A program made the position numbers and the translations under genes. Below are positions 51,545 to 61,935 of a stretch of DNA of 64,000 nt, one piece after another; position 1 is the first letter of the stretch, and the number at the start of each line of letters is the position of its first letter. The notes beneath the pieces were generated by a model that saw only the letters and a list, made by a program, of their open reading frames with translations, ran no database searches and had not been told where the DNA came from. Source of the DNA: Amphiscolops sp. MND2022 (lineage: Eukaryota); contig OZ076413.1 of NCBI GenBank assembly GCA_964187785.1, forward strand, positions 41,418,001 through 41,482,000. The letters run 5' to 3'.

Positions 51545-53050
51545 ACAAAGAAATTATTGGCTATGTTTTGGGCACAAGACATTGTGAAACCCTTTGTTTG
51601 ACATCTATCCCTAAGTGATTAGCAGTAATACACCCAACCAAAATTTCTGAGAAAAAAACAAAAACTGTCGAAGAACAGTTGCAACAAACGTTAGAAGCCA
51701 CAAGAAACGAGACACACAGCACCGGTCTGAACAGTCGCAAAAGAGAGGCCGCTACAAACCACCAACACTACAGGCAGAGCAGTGGACCGTCTACTCCTTC
51801 TGGGAAATGGGTAGAACAACGCCAAATAACCAAGTCACTTACGACAGACCGGGACCATCATCGTCTCAGCCGGATACATTTTTGATGAACCGGTACCAAT
51901 GGAAAGATGAATTCTCGATATACCAGCACTGAACTAGACACAGAATAGAGGAGTCGAGAACGTCCAGTTTGTCAAAATGGGACACACGCTCCGAGTGGAA
52001 CAAGATGAAGAAAATAGCTGGGACCTCTAGCCAGCTCTCAGAGAAACTAAAGAAAACTCTTGAACGGACATTTCACTGCCCATGACAAAAAACATCAATC
52101 AGCCAATTCTGTTAAAGACTCTGACATACCTGAGAACTTAGCAGCACGAGATGATACCCTAAGAGTTTCAACCCCACAAAAGGAAGCTGCCAAGCCGATA
52201 CGGATTGGTATTTTCGGAAGACATAATCATCATCACGAAAAATTTGCCGATGACTCTGATCAGAATCTCACGCAAAACATCCCGCATTTAAGAAGTAAGA
52301 AGAATATAAGAACTATACCGTTCATACTAATGTACAGTTGCTAGCCAAATCTCTTCTTTCGCGCAAAATTCGTAGTCGTCAACGAAGTCACTCACCGCTC
52401 ACCTCGACTGGTGGCCAATGATGACCGAGGTCATTGAGAAGAATTGTGACATTTGTGTTACCTGCAAACTGTCTGGTGAGAACTTTACTCCTACTTCACC
52501 AAGTACTGAAAACAAGTTGCTTACCGTCATTGAACGGTCAAAATGAAGGAACCCAAACTCACTTCATTGGAAAACACGGAAAAACAACTGTCGGTTCCAT
52601 AGTTTACTAACCTTTTTTAACCAATAACAGGTTTAATAAATTACAAGAGAAACGTTTTTTTGTTAGACAACGGACAAAAAAATGGCCGTATAGTTCTCTG
52701 AACAGACTTTTCAACGAAAAGGCGTAACGAAACTCACTAGAACTGACAAGACTTCTGCTTTTGATGCCAATCATTTCGGGAAAACTGCAGCAGAAAATGA
52801 TTCGAGTAATGTACGAAACATTGTATAGACACACACCAAATGTTTCGAAAGAGCGCGGAGGTCGAACTCCGAACTATTTTGATAACAAACCAAAAACCGA
52901 CCAAAAGAATTGGTAAAGACATGGATATATCTTTGGACCTGGCAGGGAAGACTCCACTCAAGAGACTTGAAAAGTCTGCATTTGAACTCTCATATTGTCG
53001 AAAGCCTTACACCGAAATTAGCAACCTTTTGAAATTGGATCCTTTGGACA
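51545..53050 (+). pseudogene. Highly degenerate Ty3/Gypsy-type pol remnant (RNase H to integrase)
   Basis: ELLAMFWA (RNase H ELLAVVW-like), WWPMMTEVIEKNCDICVTCKLSGEN (integrase zinc finger) and KSAFELSYCRKPYTE (integrase C-terminal) appear in Gypsy order, with many stops. Confidence 0.7.
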
Positions 53051-53745
53051 AGCTAACAGAAAATTTCAGGAACACTAGATTCCTAAGAGATATACTCATT
53101 CAACGGAGCTGGTAGCTGACAAAATACCCATGAAGCAGACTGGAAATGCAAAATAATCACATACAGCCAAAACATCATCCCGCTGACTTTTGTTGAAAAT
53201 GTAAGTGAGAGAATAATTCTACTATAATTCCCAAGCGGCTGATGAAGATGGATTAGAGAAGTCTGATTTAGATTTGGCAAGCAATCTGAGCTTGAGTACT
53301 GATTTGGAAACCGAATCAAATAGAAAAAAATTCACCTCAGAACAATACGATTGATAAAAACTAAGGCTATTTTTAGACCTAATAATCCACTATGTTACAG
53401 AAAATATCATATAAGACTGAACTAGGAAGAATCACCCGACAACTGGACACCGAAACTGAAATGGTGGGCGACAGCCGACTATGAACAGTTCAACCACCAA
53501 AAAGCAGATTCGCTGGTCCAAAGAAAGCAGGGCTTTCAAAGCAGACCATAACTTTTTCGTTTGAGCAAACGCTGGACTAGTTAACGGCTGATCACCACTG
53601 GGAAAACGCATGTCCCCCCATTGGCGGAGCATCAGCCAATCGCAAAAGGGGACTGAAAAAGAGCGTCCAGTCTGTTTTATTCAATTTCCTTTGTCATAAT
53701 TTTATACCTGCCAGTGTAGTGCAAGAAAAGCGTTAGCTTTCATTT

Positions 53746-53975
53746 CCCGGGTTTCCCTCCCATATATAAACAGGTCAATCATACTCTGCCATCATACTCA
53801 CAGCATGATTCCAGGCTGACCATACTCTGGACCATATATGATTCCAGGCCGATCATACCCTGGACCATATATGATTCCAGACCGATCAGGGCAAGATCAT
53901 AGTAAGGAAATTTGTATGATTTCTATGATGCCATAATATGGTCAGATTATGATCGGCCTGGTCGGGAAACCCGGG
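53746..53975. mobile_element. 230-bp MITE with CCCGGGTTTCCC / GGGAAACCCGGG TIRs
   Basis: Perfect 12-bp TIR, TT/TT flanks, internal ATGATTCCAGGC.GA.CATAC repeats. Confidence 0.85.
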
Positions 53976-54119
53976 TTATACGGGAAAACAAATAGCCATA
54001 CGATACGCTTTTGGCAGTCTTCTGTCTCGTAATTTTTATTTCATCGTAATCTTTTCATCCTATTTCCAATAAACATGTCGCTTCATTTTTATATTACAAG
54101 TTTTGGGGGTTCGAATGTC

Positions 54120-54778
54120 ATTTTTGTTGGCGTTTTCGAAGAAAATGCACGACTATTACAGTGGCTAGTTTTTTCGTCAGCTCAACGCGATCGGTCCACT
54201 TTTTCTGTTCATTCAGACCTTTTCTGTTCAGACTTTCAGAAGCTTCAGATTTTCAGAAGGAGAGCCGTCACGGTTCTCCTTCTGAAAGTCTTAAGCTTCT
54301 GAAAGTCTGAACAGAAAAAGCCTACGGGCAGGGTTCGAGTCTTGCACTAAACCACAAGTTTTTTAATGTTTCCAAAAGTAGAGTGTAGACCAAAGGTTCC
54401 CCTTTGGGTTTTTTCGGCACTATGCGACTTTTTTTCCGAAACATTTTGATTTCTATCAAAGGGTACCCCCTTGATTTTTTTGAAGTTGTCGGTTTGTAGA
54501 AAAACGTTCAATGATCCTAAATGGTCTCTTTTTGGGTTTTTCGGCATTATGCCACTTTTTTAAACCGAATACTTCTTCGAAAAAAATTTCTCGAAGGCAA
54601 CTTAGTTTTTTCTGATGTTTCCAGTGCAGAAAAAAAACTATTTCCGAGTTTCGGGGAAAACCCTTGCGGGATTTTTCGGCACTGTGTGATAAATGAAAAA
54701 TTTCACAATAGGCTGAGTTTTCCTTGAATATTATTGAGCCTGATATATGACACCGACTTGGGCCGTTACCGGCTTGTT
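54120..54778 (+). mobile_element. Family D DINE-1/Helentron-like element containing a 99-bp palindrome
   Basis: Ends CCGACTTGGGCCGTTACCGGCTTGTT like 50744; palindrome at 54220-54318. Confidence 0.65.
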
Positions 54779-55140
54779 CTAATTTTTGACTACTTACAAA
54801 AATGCAGCAAAACGTTCAAGGATGTGAAAAGAACGAACGCTGTTAGGAATTAAAAAAGTTTCTATAACTTGTCTTCAATCTGTTCAGTATTGTTGCAACA
54901 AAATCAGAGTTCTTTTGACTATACCAGAGCAACATTTTCAATTACACTGAATATTATCATTTTTGCATAATTCTTCACATGTTCGTGGAAAATGTTTGGC
55001 TTTTAAAAATTCATTTTTATTTTTTTTGGGCGCAGGACACATTTTTGCCAATGCCAAACTGAAATCGATTAATTGCGCTTTCATTCGCTCCATGCACTCT
55101 CTGTATCTTTGTTGTCCTAATTTAGGACATTATTTAGGAA

Positions 55141-57067
55141 CCCGGGTTAGATACCAATCTCAGTCCACCGGTGGTCACTGATACATAAATACCAGTGATA
55201 AATACCAGTGGTCCCATCGGTAATAAATCTGTATTAATCCCAAGTTGGTATCCTTCCAGTGTGATTTTGCGACATATTCCATCAAAATACAGGAATTCTA
55301 TCAGGAAATGTTTATAGGTCTTTTTCCGCCAAAATACACTTATTTTAGGTCTTATTCCATGAATATACAGTGTTTTTGGACCTTATTCCATGAAAATACC
55401 GTGTTTTTAGATAATCTATCAGAAACACAATTAGGACATTATTCCACCAAAATACAGTGATTTTACGCCTTATTTCATGAAAATATAGTGTTTTTAAGTC
55501 TTATTCCATGAAAATAGTGTTTTTAGATCTTATTCCATGAAAATACAGATATTCTATCAGGAAAACGATTTTGGGCCATATTTCAACAAAATACAGTGAC
55601 TTGAGATCTGCGAGCTTTCAAATCTGGACCTGGAGGGTGGAATAATTGATATTGTATTCTTTAGATCTTATTCTCCTTTCCATCAAGATCATTTTCATCT
55701 AAAATTGACTACAATTTAACCTAAAATTCGTAACATCCTACCTTCAAGCGGTTTCAGGAAACGCGGTGCCGAAAAGCGTCCTTAATGCTTAAGGGTCAAT
55801 AAGGCGACCTTCTAAAAATACCAATAATTAATCAAAACCAGAAAAATTGGGCATTTCAATTGAAAAATGATGACAGGCAAAATTGTACGGGGAACAGGAA
55901 TAACGTCTAAGGAATAACGTCTAAAAGTCCACCGGGAATAACGTCTAAAGGAATAACATCTAAATCTGAAATGGACGGGAATAACGTCTAAAAAAACGGG
56001 AATAACGTCTAAAAAGTGGAATAACGTCTAAAAAGAGGAATAACGTCTAAAACTGACATACGTTTAAAATGTCAAAAAACTATCAAAATACGTCTGAAAA
56101 ACGGGAATAACGTCTAAAATTGGCAATATCGTCTAAAACGTCAAAAAATCATTAAAATACATGGCAGCGGGAAGAACGTCTGAGGAATAACATCTAAATA
56201 CAAAACGGGAATAACGTCTAAAATAAATCATTTCTTGACACTAGCGTCTGAAGTTTTAGACGTTGTTCCTGTTTCGAAAAAAGCTTTCTGAAAGCGAAAA
56301 TATCAAAATGTGGGGCATATGCGGTGTATGCACACTCGCCCTCACCGTCGCAAAGACCAGCTCCCACTACGATCGCTTCGCGATCTCCGTTCCCTCTAGG
56401 TCTTTGCTCCTGTTCGACCTCGCTTAGCAAGATGGGAACATAAGCGGCCCCAAGGGGCCGCGGGGCACTAGATGGAATGGGGACATATCCGAGGCACGTT
56501 TTATATTTTATATCACTTTTTAGTTTTAGATTTTAAACGATTTATTTTTTTCCTATTTAATTTGCTTTTCCCGCTTCTCAGTCGTATTTTGATGACTTTC
56601 GGATATTTTGGGAGTTTTTTCTGGATTTTTTACGTTATTCCTTTTTTCGGACGTATTTGCATAGTTTTTTGATTTTTTGGACGTTTTTTTTGATTTAGGA
56701 ACAAATACCCATCAGACACATAGACTCTTGCTCGTATTCCGTGGCCTTCGATTATTTCATAGTTCATTCCTGAAAACTAGAGCAAGGGAAGAACTTTTCA
56801 GCACAAGAAACAATATTTCAAAATCGGGAATAACATCTAAAAAAACGGGAATAACGTCTAAATCTTTAGACGTTATTCCTGAAAAATGAGTAAAATTTAG
56901 ACGTTATTCCTTTAGACGTTATTCCTTAGACGTTATTCCCGCCCCTAAAATTGTACTAGCAAGCATGCTCGAGCGCGTGATTTGAATTTTCAAAATCCGT
57001 GATTAGAATTTTTGAAAAATTTTCCACTGGTGACCACCGGGGGTTCGCGGTGGGGTGCTAGTACGGG
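55141..57067. mobile_element. CCC...GGG element with AA/AA flanks and internal ~32-bp TTATTCCATGAAAATACAGTG repeats; hosts a nested insertion
   Basis: CCCGGGTTAG...CTAGTACGGG; subterminal CCACCGGTGGTCAC / GTGACCACCGG; repeats at ~55270-55600. Confidence 0.6.
55889..56946. mobile_element. Foldback/MULE-like element with arms of GGAATAACGTCTAA units and a 9-10-bp TSD
   Basis: AAAATTGTAC at 55879-55888 and 56947-56956; about 10 direct units on the left and inverted TTAGACGTTATTCC units on the right. Confidence 0.85.
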
Positions 57068-58059
57068 AAACTCTTAACGAACGCAATGAGATTCTTCGAT
57101 TCGTACAAAAAAGTTTCAAATCTCGCAAACGGTCAATACGTTTTTTTAGTCTAAGGAAGTCCTATTTAATGGAGATCAGGACTCAAAAACTTCAAATTCC
57201 GTGACGTCTTGACCAATAATTCTGAAACAACGCAGAGCATGGATCCCTCAGGTTGTTGCTCTATTATTTTTCTAGATGTTTTGAACGTTTTCAATGTTTG
57301 CGCATTTTTTGATCATATTGTTATTAGGACAAATAACTCATTTCCTCTCAAGTCTAAGATCATAGATGGTTCAAAAAGTTTCGCTTCTCTAAGTTCGCTT
57401 CTCCACAGTTAAGAAAAATGTTTTGATGTTCGAACCCAGTTTAACTCCATAGTTCGACGCAAAGGCTCAGAAAACCCCAATAGAGGTTTCCCAGCAAAGC
57501 TCGGGTAACAAGCCCCAAAATTTCATGCCAACAACAAACCCGGGCATGTTCACAAGCTCGTTATAACAAACCCTAGTGTTCCTGAGTGTTAATACATACC
57601 TCGGAGGTTAGAACATGGCACATTGACAAAATGCATTGAAATAGGCAACATTCCAATAAACTGGCGATCTAGTAAATCTAACATATCGAAAACAACACCA
57701 TTTCTGCAAATCACAAATCTTTTCTTTCTTGTCTTTTTTGACACTGCAAGACAACGCACACCAAAAATCAAGCGGAATAGGGCAAGATATGTCTCCTTGA
57801 AAATCTTCAAGATCAAGTACTTTCTTGAAAATACATGCCGATATCTTGATCCTGCCTGTATTGTTCTGCACTGTAAATTTTCCTGTACTGTTTTTTTGGG
57901 AAACCATGGGGCAGGTGTATTTTCTCTTTTCGTCTTCTGTAGTACTGGTTTTGGGTATTTGCCAAACACGCAGAAAACTCACCCCTTACGTGAGAATTTT
58001 TACACGAATTTTTGGCTTGGAAACATTCGGCCTCAGGCTGGTTGACGTTACAAATATGA

Positions 58060-58110
58060 GAAGAAGAAGAAGAAGAAGAAGAAGAAGAAGAAGAAGAAGA
58101 AGAAGAAGAA
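58060..58110. repeat. (GAA)17 microsatellite
   Basis: Read directly. Confidence 0.97.
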
Positions 58111-60452
58111 CAAGAGTAGAAGAAGTTAATTTTCCCATAACCGCGGGGTGGACGCCAAATAATATGTCTTATATACTTCGAAACTACATATGTATGTACA
58201 CATATTTATTCAAAAGCAACGATAGCATTAAATAAAAAAGCTGTTGTTTTCGGAATATTACTCGACAGATTTGTAGCGCGCTCGGCCAGAGTTTCTGTAA
58301 CAATTCTGAAAGTCGGCAATGACTGTCATTGTATTCATTTCGTTAAAAAACTTCTTGAAGTGGAATTTTTTCGCAATATTATTTTTTGATTCAGCGTCAC
58401 TTAGTTCTTGAAGTTCATTTATCATCACTTAGTTCATCGTAGATCTCAGGTTGAAAAGCGCTGGACTAAGGGGCATCTAAAGCCAAAGAAGTGTGAAATA
58501 GCTGCCTTTTCGAAACACAACTCCATGACCAGTCTCCTACACTCCTACAGGAGGGCGGAAACTATCTAGGAATTTTTCAGACACCCTGACTCAATTTTCA
58601 TTTTTTTTTAAAAAAATCAATTTTAAAAAGAATGATGACTAGTTTTATATTATCAACTCAGTAACATCCGTTTTTGGCTTAATTTTGAAATCTTTTGGCA
58701 TTGGTATTTTGCAGCCTTGCTAGCACCTTTCACTACTCAGTGGTAAGCGAGGTTTTCATTATGTCCATAAATCTTGCTTTGAACGACACTGGGTTTATCT
58801 TTCGTGGCTATGTTCAGAGCAAACAGTCACTAGTCGGTCAAATCCAACTGTAAGTCTGAAATTTGGTTTGATAACGATCGTTTCATGATAACTAGTGTCT
58901 TATGAATTACGGTGCTCTGAGTTTTAGACAAATATTTTGCTCATTTGTTCTTTTAGCTTCACCTTTATCACTTTCGCAGCTTGATTCAACTCATTAATCG
59001 CGAAAACATCTGACTAATGGTAAGTAGTTATAACTAAACCTCGCCAATAATGACAACATTTTGCAGTACTTAGCAGCGAAAACTATCAAACTAAGTGTTT
59101 TAATGTCCGGAAAAAAATTGAAAAACATGCGAAGTAGCCACAACTGGTTGAAAAAATACGCATTCTAAGCACGGGGTTTGCAAGAATCTGATTTCCTCCG
59201 CATTTTTTTATTGAGCAATATTTGTCTCACATTTTTGCTGTGATCACCTGTTAGTTGAGCTAGAGAGTGGGCGGTGTTGACCCTCGAATCACAGAAGGCG
59301 GTGCTGAAACTCATTTGAAAACTAGGAAGCAAAATTGGTTGGACGCCGATGGAAAAATTTATCATTTTTTTGGATATCGACCGTAAAATTGAGCTTCACT
59401 CTCTCTTATCCTCAGAAATACGAAATTCGGATTTCGGTGTAAACAGTTCATCCAAATCTATCGAAATAAAAAATATTTTCTGGAAGTTTTGGAGGTTTTC
59501 TTGACACATGGACAAAATGAGTTTTTGAATGCCTATATTTGATAACAGTTTCGTTTTTTCTCTGTAGACTATTGAATTCAAGAAGATGTCGGCAAAATAG
59601 GGTCTATGGCCAAAAAACCATAGAAAGTAATTCAGAATTGTTCAAAAGTATGGGACGTTCCAAAATAATTTTGGTTTCGTGCTTTCTCGACAAAGAAACC
59701 TGAAAAAACTTCATTGACATTCTTCTTGGAATTTTCGTTAATACTTCATCCAATTTTCTGAAAGTTTTTGCAATGGCGTTCCTCAGTTTCACGTAACCCC
59801 CCTGCTTTGAGAAATTCCGCATGATTCATTGAGCGTTTTCTTTGCGATCGCCTTGCGCTGAGCCCTTTATTGCCTTTAATTTTTCTTCTCTTCGCGCAGT
59901 TCCCAATTTGAACAGGAATCAAGATGCAAGTATCAAAATGCAAGATTTAGTATTTCCATTTATCTAATTTGTCTTTCAAAACGATGCCCACTGAAGGTCA
60001 GGGTTGGTCATCAGTATAGCCTCTGGCATGATTCCTCATCTTCGGGGCACAATGGTCTCATCTGGCATTTTTCTGCCGAAACCCTGTCTTTTTGCTGTCA
60101 GATGGCTTAATTCCTGATTCTCTCGCCTTCTGGGTGATGGCATCTCGGACATTCACGTTCCTGGGTGAGGGTGGGGTGTGCTTTTGCCTTTATTTTGCTT
60201 CCTCTACGGTTTTCGTACCTGCCGGGAAGGCCATCTTGAATGTGCTTGTTTGATACCGCACCTTTCGAATTTTTGATCGAAATTTTCAAAAACTTCTGCA
60301 ACGTCCCTTGCCTGACGTTACATCTTCCCCGGGCCGTAGTTTGTCGTCCTCGACAAACGAGAGAGGACGTTCACATCTTGGTTGCCACCATCCAGTGATC
60401 CAGTGATACTGTTGCAACATGGTAAGTCAGGAATCTAAATATAAGTCATTGA

Positions 60453-60535
60453 CCAAAAACATGTTACTGCCCAAAAACATGTTACTGCCCAAAAACATGA
60501 TACTGCCCAAAAACATGTTACTGCCCAAAAACATG
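60453..60535. repeat. 18-bp minisatellite CCAAAAACATGTTACTGC, ~4.6 copies
   Basis: Read directly. Confidence 0.95.
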
Positions 60536-61830
60536 AGTTTTTTGCCAGCCTAGCAGGCTTCCTTGGATTCCACACTCATTGGGTCCTAGCACTGGAATAC
60601 TATTATTACCTTTAGACACTCAGCATTGTATTCAAGTATTGGATTTTTTAATTTCGCACCAAAATTACTAGCATTTTGTGTTACCGCATCTGTATAAGTA
60701 TTAAAAGCACTCATCAGAACAGATTTGGCATTGGCCGGGGGCCCACCTGATAGGTTAGGTTTAGGTTTTACAAAATGCACGATAGCACTTTAAAAGCGAA
60801 AAACAAAAGTAACAGCTGTGGTCTTGCAAAAGGGTCGTAGTTCATGGCCAACAGAAACTGCACAATAAATAGCACCTATGGGAAAGCAGAGCTCAAAAAT
60901 TTAAAACATCACCAAAAGTGAGGACCCATTCAGTCTACTGTGTTAGCAGTGTACGCTCAGATAAAGGTATCGTCTAGATAGTACTAATGTATATACAAGA
61001 GATGGAAATAAACTGCTTCTCAAGAGGATGACAATGTCAATAGCGATGATAGAGTAGATCCAATAAAAGTCCAAAATCAGGCATTATAGATCATGAAAAC
61101 AGTCTTTGGCATTAAAAACAAATTTCAGGGCAATCATTCGAGTTCTAAAAGCATGGCCGCTGGCCAAGCAGTTCTCAGAGCTGCGAAGCTCTAGGTGTTT
61201 CATCATGCTTGGTGTTGATTTCTCTCGGGAGAGTACGGGTATCGCTTGTCCGGTATTTTCACACGACATGGTTCACACAACTGTGGTACCGAGAACCGAG
61301 GTACACTTCACGCATGAATCGAGCAATGAACACTGATTTTCTGAGAAGCCTGCTTGGCTACAGATGTTAGATTGTCTGAAAAGTCCGTTTGTCACTCACG
61401 CTGCCCTGTCTCTGGAGAGCACAAGTAAGGACGTAACCGTGATCAGGGACTAGGAATAGGCCTTCGGGATGAGTAAGAGGAAGGACACTGATTTTGAAGA
61501 GATTTTTTGCATTATGATGGTAGTACAATCAGAAAAAGCGTTCTTCTTCAACTATGGTGGTCAATACTGTACTTGTTGTTCTGTTTTGAGACGCACTGCG
61601 TTCAAAGTCTGAACCTCTAAAAGTGCCTATAAACAAGCTCCAGCACCCACAGGGTACACAAGGCACCAAGCAAGCGTGTTCACAAATAATAACTTGCACT
61701 TAGGTGACTTTGATAACAGTCAGGAGGCGAATTTCGATTTTTGGGTTTTTTACCTCTATTTCTCGTAGACCGTTTTCTCTGAGACCCGAGATCTTAGGGT
61801 CGGTTTAGCAATGATTCAACAGGACGACGT

Positions 61831-61935
61831 CTGGTATGCTAGTTTGGGCCCTCAATGGCACTTACACTGACAAAACCTGCTGAGCGTGCCTGGTATGCTA
61901 GTTTGGGCCCTCAATGGCACGTACACTGACAAAAC
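61831..61935. repeat. 46-bp direct repeat (period 59)
   Basis: CTGGTATGCTAGTTTGGGCCCTCAATGGCAC(T/G)TACACTGACAAAAC at 61831 and 61890. Confidence 0.92.

Noticed and set aside
55889..56946. GGAATAACGTCTAA repeats with variable spacers as a CRISPR array
   Set aside because: The unit is only 13-14 bp, spacers are very irregular and often 0-10 bp, the units invert at the right end, there is a TSD, and there are no cas genes; the context is eukaryotic.
57825..58235. 136-aa ORF with a poly-Arg tract
   Set aside because: The poly-Arg is just the translated (GAA)n microsatellite.
60107..60301. CPRCHH as a gag zinc knuckle
   Set aside because: No complete CX2CX4HX4C, and it falls inside the inferred LTR.
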